64,000 nucleotides of DNA from positions 493,329 to 557,328 of the forward strand of contig CAVVVN010000001.1 of NCBI GenBank assembly GCA_963751705.1. Direction: 5' to 3'. Within the stretch, counting starts at the first letter, position 1. Every line of letters starts with the position of its first letter. This document shows positions 1 through 9,394 of the stretch, piece by piece. The notes under the pieces were generated by a model. That model was not told the DNA's origin and did not search any database. It saw only the letters and a program-made list of their open reading frames with translations. The position numbers and the translations under genes are program-made. Source of the DNA: an uncultured Bacteroidales bacterium (GTDB lineage: Bacteria > Bacteroidota > Bacteroidia > Bacteroidales > GCA-2748055).

Positions 1-2
1 CG

Positions 3-1097
3 AGGGCCAGCGGACACATTATTGAGCAGCAGGAGCTCATCGGCAAAATCATGAAGGCAGGTTATGCCTATGAGGTTAATGGATCGGTCTACTTTGATGT
101 TGTTGCCTATAATAAGAAACATCCCTATGGGCAGCTCTCCGGCAGAAAGGTGGAAGATCTTCTTTCTAACACCAGGGCCCTTGATGGACAATCGGAAAAG
201 AAAAACGGACTCGATTTTGCTCTCTGGAAAAAAGCGGATCCCTCACACATCATGCGCTGGTCTTCCAAGTGGGGTGAGGGTTATCCCGGCTGGCACCTGG
301 AATGCTCGGCCATGAGTACCAAATACCTGGGTATGCAGTTTGATATCCATGGGGGCGGTCTGGACCTGCTTTTCCCTCACCACGAATGTGAAATCGCGCA
401 GAATGTAGCCGGATACGGCCAGGCGTCGGTCAGTTACTGGATGCATAACAATATGATCACCATCAATGGCCAGAAAATGGGTCGTTCGCTGGGCAATTTC
501 ATTACCCTGGATGAACTTTTTACGGGTAATCACAGGATGCTGGAGCAGGCATACGGACCAATGGTTATACGCTTTTTTATTCTGCAGGCCCACTACCGCA
601 GTACCCTGGATTTTTCCAACGAAGCCCTGCAGGCCTCTGAAAAAGGATTGATGCGACTGATGAATGCCCTGGATACACTTAAACATATTCAGGCATCCCC
701 TTCCAGTACGGTGGATGTGGAAACACTGGCCAAACGTTGTGAGAGCGCCATGGAAGATGATATGAATACGGCCAAACTGGTGGGTCATCTGTTGAGCGGG
801 ATCACTCAGATAAATAAGCTCTCCGAAGGAAAGGAAACTATTTCTGATCAGGACCTGGAAAAGCTGATTGCTCTCTACCATTCCTGGGTATTCTCTGTCC
901 TGGGTCTGGAGCCACCCCTCGTTACAGATAAAGCGGAGGAGATCACCGGTGAACTGATTGAGATGATCCTTCAGCTCAGAAACGAGGCCAAGTCAAATCG
1001 TGACTTTGAAACTGCAGATCGCATCCGGAAAGGGCTGAGCCATCTGGGGATCACCGTAAAAGACCGGAAGGATGGGGCCGACTGGGAAATCAACTAG
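3..1097 (+). CDS. cysS: cysteine--tRNA ligase, C-terminal ~365 aa (5' end upstream of window)
   Basis: Frame 3 is open from the window edge ([20 protein letters not shown]...). CysRS motifs [20 protein letters not shown] and KMSKS-like QKMGRSLGN are present. Confidence 0.93.
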   Translation, partial: RASGHIIEQQELIGKIMKAGYAYEVNGSVYFDVVAYNKKHPYGQLSGRKVEDLLSNTRALDGQSEKKNGLDFALWKKADPSHIMRWSSKWGEGYPGWHLECSAMSTKYLGMQFDIHGGGLDLLFPHHECEIAQNVAGYGQASVSYWMHNNMITINGQKMGRSLGNFITLDELFTGNHRMLEQAYGPMVIRFFILQAHYRSTLDFSNEALQASEKGLMRLMNALDTLKHIQASPSSTVDVETLAKRCESAMEDDMNTAKLVGHLLSGITQINKLSEGKETISDQDLEKLIALYHSWVFSVLGLEPPLVTDKAEEITGELIEMILQLRNEAKSNRDFETADRIRKGLSHLGITVKDRKDGADWEIN

Positions 1098-1101
1098 CTG
1101 G

Positions 1102-2706
1102 ATGAAGACCTATCGTTCACAGCTTATCACCATTGCATCCCTCTCCCTGGGTGGAGATCAACCGGTCCGGATACAATCCATGACCAATACAGATACCCGG
1201 GATGTAGAGCTTTCTGTGGATCAATGCATCCGTATGATTGATGCCGGTTCTGAGCTGGTTCGGCTCACCACCCAGGGCAGGAGTGAGGTGGAGAGCCTGG
1301 GGAAGATCCGGGAGAAGCTGCATGCAGTCGGATACCGGGTTCCCCTGGTGGCAGATATTCATTTTAAGCCGGAACTGGCCCTGGAAGCTGCCGGGGTTTG
1401 CGACAAGATCCGGATAAATCCCGGAAATTACCTGAAAGGCAAAAGTCCGGAGCTTTTACTTCCGGCTCTGCTTAAAAGATGCCGAAAACATGGCACCGCC
1501 ATTCGTATCGGAGTAAATCATGGTTCGTTGGACCGGAGCATCCTGGAAAAGTATGGAGACAGCCCTTTGGGAATGGTAGAATCGGCCATGCAATTCCTGC
1601 GTATATGCCAGTCTGAATCTTTTCAGAAGGTGCTTGTTTCCATGAAATCAAGCAATCCGCTGGTGATGGTTCAATCGGTTCGTTTGCTGGTAAACCAGAT
1701 GAACAAAGAAGGAATGGCTTATCCGCTCCACCTGGGGGTTACCGAAGCGGGTGACGGCGCTGAAGGTCGAATCAAATCTGCTGTTGGCATGGCTCCCCTG
1801 CTCCTCGAAGGAATGGGGGACACCATCCGGGTTTCGCTTACCGAACCTCCGGAAATGGAGCTGCCGGTAGCCTCGCAGTTGCGTGCTCTTTTTCCCAAAC
1901 CGGAACACCTGCCCTACCATCCTCTTGAAGGCCTGGCCTGGGATCCCTTCGCCTTTGAAAGAAGAAAAACGCAGGAGCTTTTTGGCATGGGAAACGGAAG
2001 CAGTGTAAAAATTGTAAGCCACTTCCCCCCGGATCCAGGTATCGATTTGAAACCGGAAGATCTTCTGGATCAACTGGTCCCTTTCCAGGATTGGGAAAAA
2101 GATCCTGCCTTATTGGAATCAGGCGGAAAAATATTGCTTCTTGAAAAGGGTACAAACACTATTCAGGATATTAAAGCACAGTTGAACCACTTCTGCGCCA
2201 GGAACAGACAAACACCCGTCCTTTTTAAAATGGTCTCTGGCACAGAGGACCTTGAACTCTTTCAGATTCAAGTGGCCGGAGAACTGGGCTCTCTCCTCGT
2301 GGATGGTTTGCTGGATGGGGTTTGGGTGGAAAACCAACACATGGTCCCTTCCCATATAAATGACACACTGCTGAATATCCTGCAGGCCGCCCGGGCGCGG
2401 ATTACCAAAACGGAATACATAGCCTGTCCCTCCTGTGGTCGCACTCATTTTGATATCCTGACCCGTTTAAAGGAAATTCGAATAGCCACCTCCCATCTCA
2501 CCACCCTGAAAATCGGGATCATGGGCTGTATTGTAAACGGTCCCGGTGAAATGGCCGATGCCGATTATGGGTATGTGGGAGCCGGGCCCGGACGGGTAAG
2601 TATCTATAAGGGCAGGGAGGCCAAAATCCGGAATGTTCCCGAAAAAGAGGCGCTTGATGCTTTGATCCGGCTGATTAAAAAAGAAGGCGACTGGATTGAT
2701 CCCTGA
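1102..2706 (+). CDS. ispG: 4-hydroxy-3-methylbut-2-enyl diphosphate synthase, long insert-containing form
   Basis: VRIQSMTNTDT barrel start and C-terminal Fe-S motifs CPSCGRT and GCIVNGPGE. ATG 1102 lies 5 nt after the cysS stop; the ORF-track start 1072 would overlap cysS. Confidence 0.92.
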   Translation: MKTYRSQLITIASLSLGGDQPVRIQSMTNTDTRDVELSVDQCIRMIDAGSELVRLTTQGRSEVESLGKIREKLHAVGYRVPLVADIHFKPELALEAAGVCDKIRINPGNYLKGKSPELLLPALLKRCRKHGTAIRIGVNHGSLDRSILEKYGDSPLGMVESAMQFLRICQSESFQKVLVSMKSSNPLVMVQSVRLLVNQMNKEGMAYPLHLGVTEAGDGAEGRIKSAVGMAPLLLEGMGDTIRVSLTEPPEMELPVASQLRALFPKPEHLPYHPLEGLAWDPFAFERRKTQELFGMGNGSSVKIVSHFPPDPGIDLKPEDLLDQLVPFQDWEKDPALLESGGKILLLEKGTNTIQDIKAQLNHFCARNRQTPVLFKMVSGTEDLELFQIQVAGELGSLLVDGLLDGVWVENQHMVPSHINDTLLNILQAARARITKTEYIACPSCGRTHFDILTRLKEIRIATSHLTTLKIGIMGCIVNGPGEMADADYGYVGAGPGRVSIYKGREAKIRNVPEKEALDALIRLIKKEGDWIDP

Positions 2707-2711
2707 TAGGC

Positions 2712-4139
2712 TTACCACCTGAAAAACGGGGTTTCCACATGAAAAAAGAAGCCATGCTCCCCGTAACGGTTAATCACGTAATCGATCCTGAAAACCTGGT
2801 CGTAATAGGTCACTAAGTCGATTCCCACCCCCGCAGAGAATTGCCAGGTGTTGACCATGGTATTTGTGGGATTGGGAAAATCGCTGTTTACAAAGCCGGC
2901 ATCGGCAAACATGTTTACGTATACCGCATAGTGAATCTTATTAAACTGTTCCATTCCGATGAAGGGAATGGTATAGGTGTTTTGTTTCACCAGCTGGTAC
3001 TTCAGGTTATATTTAGAAATCACGTAGTCCGTGCCATCGATCACATAAGGTTCATACCCGCTCAGAAACTCCTGGTATCCCAGGGCCTTGTTTAAAAAAT
3101 GAGGCACAATTTTTTCTGAGGAGTACCTCCCTTTTGTGGCATTATAAAAATAGAAGCGGTTGGCCAGTTTCTGATGAAACATCAACGTGCCCGTCAGGCG
3201 ATATTCCGGATATGCAAAATCAGAAATCAGACCCAGCCCTATCTGTTCGGCCCTGATCTTCACCCGGAATCCCTCCAGGGGATACACCTTGGAATCCCGG
3301 ATGTCATAATCAAAGTTATATGTCAGCATAAAATATTTTCGCCTGGTATCCCCTTCGCCCAGATAGTTTGTGTTGAGAATAGCAATGGAATCAGACACCC
3401 TGACATCCATATATTCAAAGCGAAGCGAGTGCGTCGTAAAATATTTCCTCCTGAAGGTATAATTGGTAAAGGCATTTAGCCTGACTTCCGCAGGCCTGTC
3501 CTCCGGCCGGTATTCAAAAGGCATGTTATTGATGGTTGACAAACTGACTTCGTTCCGCTGGTGTATATTAAATCCGGCAGAGATCCCGTGATTCTGCTTT
3601 TTCCCGATATTGGGCTTGGAATACGCCAGGGAGTACTCTTGTACATAGCCCAACCGGACCTTCCCGGTCAGGAGTTCGTTTCTTCCCCTGAAATTACTCC
3701 ATTTTAACCAGGCTCCATAGTTGATTTTTTCCCAGTCTCTGTTTTGAATAAAGGTGCTGAAATTCCTGTCTGCATATTCCAGGATGGGAACCGGCCATAT
3801 ATACCAACGCTCCGTGACATCAATTATCACATCGATCCTGCTGTTTTCCAGGTGTTTAATATTGAGATTTACAAAATTGAACAGAGCCAGGTTCAGCAGG
3901 TTGTCTTTGCTTCTCTGTAACGCAGGAAGTAGTTGCATTTTCTCTATGGTATCCCCGATAGAAAAAACCAGTTCCCGCAGGATGACAGATTCATGGGTGA
4001 CTTCATTGCCGCTGATAATGATATCATCGATAAGCAGTTTATCGTCGCTAATCCCAGGATAAACCTGCGACAATGCTTCGCTTGCATGACCCAGCAGAAA
4101 ACAAACCATTAACATTACTATTGCTCTTGCCATTTGCAT
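2712..4139 (-). CDS. Omp85/BamA-family outer-membrane protein (POTRA-like segment + beta-barrel)
   Basis: Signal-like MQMARAIVMLMVCFLLGHASEA begins at ATG 4139; the ORF-track start 4328 adds 63 non-signal residues. ISGNEVTHESVILREL is a POTRA-type segment. The body is aromatic-rich alternating strands ending ...ETPFFRW. Confidence 0.72.
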   Translation of the reverse strand: MQMARAIVMLMVCFLLGHASEALSQVYPGISDDKLLIDDIIISGNEVTHESVILRELVFSIGDTIEKMQLLPALQRSKDNLLNLALFNFVNLNIKHLENSRIDVIIDVTERWYIWPVPILEYADRNFSTFIQNRDWEKINYGAWLKWSNFRGRNELLTGKVRLGYVQEYSLAYSKPNIGKKQNHGISAGFNIHQRNEVSLSTINNMPFEYRPEDRPAEVRLNAFTNYTFRRKYFTTHSLRFEYMDVRVSDSIAILNTNYLGEGDTRRKYFMLTYNFDYDIRDSKVYPLEGFRVKIRAEQIGLGLISDFAYPEYRLTGTLMFHQKLANRFYFYNATKGRYSSEKIVPHFLNKALGYQEFLSGYEPYVIDGTDYVISKYNLKYQLVKQNTYTIPFIGMEQFNKIHYAVYVNMFADAGFVNSDFPNPTNTMVNTWQFSAGVGIDLVTYYDQVFRIDYVINRYGEHGFFFHVETPFFRW

Positions 4140-4202
4140 CAAGCTCAAGGAGTGCAAGGTAATAAAATAATTAAACGTATTTTTGCAGGAAACATAGATG
4201 CT

Positions 4203-4883
4203 ATGAGAGCTTTGCTTACCTTTTCTATACTCTGGATAGTTCACCTGACCCTGATCGCCCAGGAGTATCAGCTCCCGCTTGTCAGCCCCTTCCATCAGCT
4301 TAAAGTGAGTGGGAATATCCATGTGCAACTGGTGGCATCAGAAAGTCCTAACCTGGTGGTGGAGGGTGAAGCGCTGCCGGAGAACCTGGTGCTCGAGTTT
4401 AGTGAAAACTGGCTGACGCTTAAAACCCGGACCCAGCTGAAAAGTACGCCATCCATCCCGGTGAAATTGTTTTACACGAAACTGAGCAGTCTCGAGATTA
4501 CCCGGGGGGCGGTGATTCAATCGGCCGATATCCTGAAAACCCAAACCCTCTCCCTGAAGGTGGAGACCGGGGGCAAGGTGGAATTGTCTGTGGACCTTGA
4601 TTCCCTGAGTGCCCGGGTCAACCAGGGGGCTGATATTATTCTTCGGGGAAGCTCCCGCAGTCAGCTGATCAATGCCTATACTGTGGGAAATTACCTGGGA
4701 TACGAACTGGAAGCAGAAAGTACCTGGGTAAAGGCAGCCACCGGGGCCCAGGTTAAAGTAAACAGCTCTCAATATCTGAATGCCAATGCGACCAGTAAGG
4801 CATTTGTGGGATATATGGGCACGCCGAAAGAAAAGGAATTTAAGTCCAGTGTAGGAGGTGAAATTACCCAACAGAAGCCATAA
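4203..4883 (+). CDS. DUF2807-like (head GIN domain) beta-helix protein, secreted
   Basis: Internal ATG 4203 gives the signal-like start MRALLTFSILWIVHLTLIAQ. Repeated strand pattern typical of this family (FHQLKVSGNIHVQLV, LSLKVETGGKVELSV, ARVNQGADIILRG). Confidence 0.6.
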   Translation: MRALLTFSILWIVHLTLIAQEYQLPLVSPFHQLKVSGNIHVQLVASESPNLVVEGEALPENLVLEFSENWLTLKTRTQLKSTPSIPVKLFYTKLSSLEITRGAVIQSADILKTQTLSLKVETGGKVELSVDLDSLSARVNQGADIILRGSSRSQLINAYTVGNYLGYELEAESTWVKAATGAQVKVNSSQYLNANATSKAFVGYMGTPKEKEFKSSVGGEITQQKP

Positions 4884-5538
4884 GCAGCGAGGCAAGTTTT
4901 TTATCGACAGGGCTTGTAATCTTAATATTCTCCCTGTTGCCCTCCACCAGAGTGACCGGACCGAAGAGGGACTCATATACAGAAGCATCATCGGTAAATG
5001 TCGGATCATAGGGCTGTTGATAGGCCTTTCTGATTTTCCGGGTTTCAAATACCTGTGGGGTTTGGACTTTCCTTAAGCGGGACCGATCCAGGTGTTCAGA
5101 AGTGCCATTTTGATCGACCATTCTGACCGATTCCTCCATCTCTAAAACGGGTATTCCACTCCCCCTTTCTTCAGCAGCAGCATAGGCACGTGCCAGGGTC
5201 TCCCCGCTAACCAGGGGCCTTACAGCGTCATGAATTCCCACGATTTCAGCTTCCCCGGTCTGGAGTAATCCATTTTTTACGGAATCAAACCGTGTGTTCC
5301 CTCCATGGGTCAGGACAAGCCCTTTGGGAGTCTCATAAGATCCGGCCAGTTGGTCCCACAGGGACCGGTGTTCCGGCGCCAAAACGACGATTATCCGCAT
5401 TTCCGGGTCAAAGCGGTAAAAGGTTTCCAGGGTGTGGATGATTATTGGCTTCCCCCGCAGCTCCTGGAACTGTTTTGGAAGCTTTCCACCCATTCGGCTG
5501 CCCGATCCGGCCGCCACGATAATGACCGCTCTTTTCAT
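4864..5538 (-). CDS. ispD: 2-C-methyl-D-erythritol 4-phosphate cytidylyltransferase
   Basis: MKRAVIIVAAGSGSRMGGKLPKQF P-loop-like start and VLTHGGNTRFDSV. ATG 5538 overlaps the upstream kinase stop (ATGA). Confidence 0.9.
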   Translation of the reverse strand: MKRAVIIVAAGSGSRMGGKLPKQFQELRGKPIIIHTLETFYRFDPEMRIIVVLAPEHRSLWDQLAGSYETPKGLVLTHGGNTRFDSVKNGLLQTGEAEIVGIHDAVRPLVSGETLARAYAAAEERGSGIPVLEMEESVRMVDQNGTSEHLDRSRLRKVQTPQVFETRKIRKAYQQPYDPTFTDDASVYESLFGPVTLVEGNRENIKITSPVDKKLASLLMASVG

Positions 5539-7406
5539 TTGAAATAACTGTCGATCAGTTCCATAATGATGGTCCTGTCCAGGGGCTTGGTAACAAAATG
5601 ATTGCACCCGGCCTTAAGGCTCTCCTCTTTCTCCTCGGCCATCACAAAGGCGGTTTGTGCAATAATTGGAACTTCTTTATTAAACCCCCTGATTTTACGG
5701 GCCGCTTCAATGCCGCTTAATTCAGGCATTTTTAAATCCATCAGAATGGCATCCGGAGATAGCTTTCGGGCCTTGGTCACTACTTCACGGCCATCCATGG
5801 CACGGTGAATGCTGGCCCCGGTCTGGCGTAACATCTCCCTTAAAAAATACCAGTTTAGCTCCTCATCCTCGGCCACAAGTATTTGCTTATTGCTCCAGTT
5901 ATAGCTTTTATTGGAGATCAGGCCCCTGGTTTCCTCCTGCGGCTTTTCAATAACCAGGGGAAGAGTAAAATAGAAGGTGGATCCCTTGCCCACAGCTGAC
6001 TCCACCCACATCTCTCCTCCCATCAGATTAACCAGGCTTTTTGAAATGGGCAAGCCAAGTCCTGTTCCCGAGTGCTGCAGTTCCTGCTCCTGGTTCACCT
6101 GTCCGAACCGGTCAAAAATCAATCGGATCTTATTGTTCGGTATCCCGATTCCGCTATCACTAACGAAAAACTCCACATGCCGGTTGTTTCTTAATGAATA
6201 GCCAAAGGTGATATGGCCCTCACTGGTGAACTTAATGGCATTTCCCAGGAGGTTATTAAAGATCTGGCTCAGTCTGAAATCATCGCATACAATAGTGAAA
6301 TCGTTTGATGCAATCTCTTTCTTCAGCATAAAATTCACCTTCTTCTGTCCGGGTGCATCCCCCCGGATACGATGAAAATAGGAAGAGTAGATCTCATCAA
6401 GAATCTCGTTGATTCTTACAGGTTTGTTGGAGATTTTCATCTGTCCCGATTCTATCTTTGAGATATCCACAATATCATCAATGATGTTCAAAAGCTGGCT
6501 GGAGGAGTTGTCAATATGTTTCAGGAAAAGATCCTTTTTCTCCTCGGACAGCCCAGGATCCCTCAGGAGGTTGGCAAATCCGATAATGCCATTCATGGGG
6601 GTCCTGATCTCGTGGGACATATTTGCCAGGAAAGAGGTTTTCAGGCGGTCAGATTCTTCAGCACGATCCCGGGCCTCTTTGAGCTCGTTTTCAATTCGCA
6701 TTAGGTCCGAAACATCTTTAAAAATTCCCATGGTCATGGTAATGACTCCCCGCTCATCCCTGACAGGAATTTTTATTTTTTCCATCCAGAAGCCTTCCAC
6801 TCCCTCATCTTCAAAAAAGAGGATCTTGCTAACGATGGGGATTCCGGTTTCGATAATGGTCCGGTCCTCCTCCATCATTTTCCGGGCAACCCGCTTGGTA
6901 AAAAATTCCTTGTTGGTCTTACCAACAGCTTCTTCCGGGGAGGATACCCGGAGGAGTTTTGCCATGATATGATTTACCCGGATATAACGTTGATGCCTGT
7001 CGGTGAAAAAGATACAGAACGGGATGGTCTCCATAATAACCTCCAGTGTATCTTTCTCCCGGTGCAGGGTCTGAAGGGAGTCGGTCAGATTGGTAATATC
7101 CTCCCGGTATCCTCCGGTCCCCACGATCTCTTTCTGCTCGTTCCTAACCGGGAAATGAACCGTCTTGATGACCCTCCTGCCAATGGAATAGCTTGATTCG
7201 GTCAATTTGCCGCTACGAAGCACTTCCCGGGCTCCCTCTGCCATCTGTTTGGCCTCTTCCTCTTGAAATACCTCCCTCTCGTCCCGCCCGATTACCAGAT
7301 CGCGCTCTTTCCCGACGGCATCTAAAAAGGCATCGTTAACCCGGTTGAATTTGCCGCTTTCGTCCTTAAACCAGGCGGCAAAGGGAAGGGATTCCAGCAG
7401 GGTCAA
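5535..7406 (-). CDS. hybrid sensor histidine kinase/response regulator (PAS-PAS-HisKA-HATPase-REC)
   Basis: H-box SHEIRTPMNGIIGF, N-box NLLGNAIKFT, G-boxes DSGIGI and GTGLGL. C-terminal receiver ILVAEDEE...ILMDLKMPELSG...KP. Confidence 0.9.
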   Translation of the reverse strand: MTLLESLPFAAWFKDESGKFNRVNDAFLDAVGKERDLVIGRDEREVFQEEEAKQMAEGAREVLRSGKLTESSYSIGRRVIKTVHFPVRNEQKEIVGTGGYREDITNLTDSLQTLHREKDTLEVIMETIPFCIFFTDRHQRYIRVNHIMAKLLRVSSPEEAVGKTNKEFFTKRVARKMMEEDRTIIETGIPIVSKILFFEDEGVEGFWMEKIKIPVRDERGVITMTMGIFKDVSDLMRIENELKEARDRAEESDRLKTSFLANMSHEIRTPMNGIIGFANLLRDPGLSEEKKDLFLKHIDNSSSQLLNIIDDIVDISKIESGQMKISNKPVRINEILDEIYSSYFHRIRGDAPGQKKVNFMLKKEIASNDFTIVCDDFRLSQIFNNLLGNAIKFTSEGHITFGYSLRNNRHVEFFVSDSGIGIPNNKIRLIFDRFGQVNQEQELQHSGTGLGLPISKSLVNLMGGEMWVESAVGKGSTFYFTLPLVIEKPQEETRGLISNKSYNWSNKQILVAEDEELNWYFLREMLRQTGASIHRAMDGREVVTKARKLSPDAILMDLKMPELSGIEAARKIRGFNKEVPIIAQTAFVMAEEKEESLKAGCNHFVTKPLDRTIIMELIDSYFK

Positions 7407-7457
7407 TAACTGCGATCCTCCATGACTGTCCGTATGTTCTATCTGGCTGGCTATGGT

Positions 7458-8309
7458 CTATCCTCCAAAGGTGCTGAATCCAGCGGGTATCTGTTTCTCT
7501 TTGGGGGTGATGCTCAGCAATGGAACAGTTGCGCTTTTTACCATTTGTTGTGCGTAGCTACCCAGAAATACATTCCACTTATCTATGGCGCTGGACATGA
7601 TTGTGATCAGATCTGCGTCTACGGCCTCTGCATAAGTGCAGGTAATGCCTGGCAGACTTTCACCCACCAGGGTTTTGCCAACGGTCTGCAGCTTTCTCGC
7701 CTTAAAATATGCCGTTACCTGTTTTGCATAGGATTCCAACCTGGCCAGATCCCGGGTGTTCCTCCGGGTAGATATGGCCAGCACATGCAGCTCCGCTCCG
7801 AACAACTCGGCCAAATCGGCCACAATGGGGGCCTTCTGCCGGGTATCGAGATGTAACTTAACAGGCACCACAATTTTTTTAATGTCCTTGGGTATATAGG
7901 TGCGCAGAGTAAAGACTGGTTGTTCGATGGCAGCCATGATTTTAAGGGCATTGCTCCCGATAAAGAGCTCTTCAAAACCCGAAGCACCATGAGTGGAAGC
8001 AGAAACAACGGCGTTATTATAAGAATTCACCTGGTTTACGATCTCCCTGTATACCTTCCCTTTCTTTACGATATACCGGAGTTTGGAATTGTTTTCAAGT
8101 CGGGGACCATATTCTTTGAGCAGTTTTTTAAACTGGGTCTCCGCATATTTATGTTCCTCCTCCACCACTCTGGACTGAAAATTGGAACTATTGGTCAGCA
8201 CATAGACCATTTGGATATTAATGGTTTTTTTCTGTGAAAACAGAATGGCCCATTCAAGACCTTTAAGAGAATCTATTGAAAAGTCGATGGGAACGATAAA
8301 GTTGGTCAT
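7458..8309 (-). CDS. tandem universal stress protein (UspA) family protein
   Basis: Two Usp-like halves (IVPIDFS...; KKIVVPVKL...). The size (283 aa) and pattern are typical of Bacteroidota tandem Usp proteins. Confidence 0.75.
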   Translation of the reverse strand: MTNFIVPIDFSIDSLKGLEWAILFSQKKTINIQMVYVLTNSSNFQSRVVEEEHKYAETQFKKLLKEYGPRLENNSKLRYIVKKGKVYREIVNQVNSYNNAVVSASTHGASGFEELFIGSNALKIMAAIEQPVFTLRTYIPKDIKKIVVPVKLHLDTRQKAPIVADLAELFGAELHVLAISTRRNTRDLARLESYAKQVTAYFKARKLQTVGKTLVGESLPGITCTYAEAVDADLITIMSSAIDKWNVFLGSYAQQMVKSATVPLLSITPKEKQIPAGFSTFGG

Positions 8310-8397
8310 GATTTCTTATTTATATAACTCAGCTAATTTAACGTAATCGAATGAGATTTGTTACTTTTATAAGGTATAATCAACAGACATAGAATTT

Positions 8398-9375
8398 ATG
8401 GCTCTGGAAGTTGTTCTTGGAATAGATATTGGCGGGACCTATACGAAAATCGGATTGGTGGACCGCAAAGGAGCCATCCACTTTGAAGATGAAATAAGCA
8501 CGAGCGGATACAAAACAATAGAAGCCTTTATTCGCGCCCTTCATGCTCATGTGACGAAAAGCCTGGAGAAAATAGAACCCTCCTTTCAATTGCTTGGTAT
8601 TGGGGTGGGGGCTCCCAACGGCAACTTCTATGAAGGGACTATCGAGAACGCCCCAAACCTGGCCTGGAAAGGGAGAATCGAATTTGTCAAGCTGATGGAA
8701 AAGCAGTTTCATCTTCCCGTCCTGGTCACCAATGATGCCAATGCTGCTGCTTTGGGCGAGATGTTGTTTGGTGCTGCAGGCGATCTTAAGAATTTTGTAA
8801 TGATTACCCTGGGAACCGGCCTGGGAAGTGGTCTGGTGGTAAACGGGGATGTGGTATACGGGCACGATGGCTTTGCCGGGGAACTCGGTCACGTTCTGGT
8901 ATATGATCATGGCCGGCAGTGCGGCTGTGGTAAAAGAGGTTGTCTGGAAACCTATGTATCAGCTACAGGGATTAAACGAACCGTGTTTGAATTATTGGCG
9001 CAAGAAAACATGGAGAGTGCCTTTCGAAACATTTCCTTTTCCAAGTTAAAACCCAAGATGATCACCTCCCTGGCCGAATCGGGCGATCCCATTGCAATTA
9101 AAGCCTTTGAGAAAACCGGCTTCCTGCTGGGCCGGGCCCTGGCTGATACGGTGGCCCATATTAGTCCGGCTCGCATTTTTATTTTCGGGGGACTGGCCAA
9201 GGCGGGGAAGTGGATCATTGATCCAGCCAAACGTAGCATGGAAGAACATCTTTTACCCATCTACAGGAACAAGATCGATATTGTTCCATCCGCTCTTTTG
9301 AAGAAAAATATTGCTGTTCTGGGTGCTGCAGCGCTGATCTGGAACCGCCTGGAAAACAAATCCGGGGATACCTGA
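8398..9375 (+). CDS. ROK-family sugar kinase (glucokinase-like)
   Basis: LGIDIGGTYTKIG ATP motif, ROK signature GELGH and zinc motif CGCGKRGCLETYVS. Confidence 0.88.
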   Translation: MALEVVLGIDIGGTYTKIGLVDRKGAIHFEDEISTSGYKTIEAFIRALHAHVTKSLEKIEPSFQLLGIGVGAPNGNFYEGTIENAPNLAWKGRIEFVKLMEKQFHLPVLVTNDANAAALGEMLFGAAGDLKNFVMITLGTGLGSGLVVNGDVVYGHDGFAGELGHVLVYDHGRQCGCGKRGCLETYVSATGIKRTVFELLAQENMESAFRNISFSKLKPKMITSLAESGDPIAIKAFEKTGFLLGRALADTVAHISPARIFIFGGLAKAGKWIIDPAKRSMEEHLLPIYRNKIDIVPSALLKKNIAVLGAAALIWNRLENKSGDT

Positions 9376-9394
9376 TCCTATTTTTTCAGGATCA
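9373..9394. terminator. 7-bp hairpin spanning both convergent stop codons (possible bidirectional terminator)
   Basis: TGATCCT (9373-9379) pairs with AGGATCA (9388-9394) around the loop ATTTTTTC. It covers the TGA of the ROK gene and the TAG of the minus-strand lipoprotein gene. Confidence 0.3.

Noticed and set aside
243-881. 212-aa ORF antisense to cysS.
   Set aside because: It lies entirely within a strongly supported CDS on the other strand. The product is low-complexity with no recognisable motifs, which is typical of a shadow ORF.
4338-5048. 236-aa minus-strand ORF overlapping the DUF2807-like gene and the ispD 3' end.
   Set aside because: It is antisense to a better-supported gene, is R/G/P-rich and has no motifs. 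ispD is accounted for by a different frame.
6409-6972. 187-aa plus-strand ORF inside the histidine kinase gene. The same applies to 8380-8910, 22514-23125 and 54166-54762, which lie inside the ROK, giant-protein and dnaG genes.
   Set aside because: All are antisense shadows of long motif-rich genes, with serine/arginine-rich translations and no start context.
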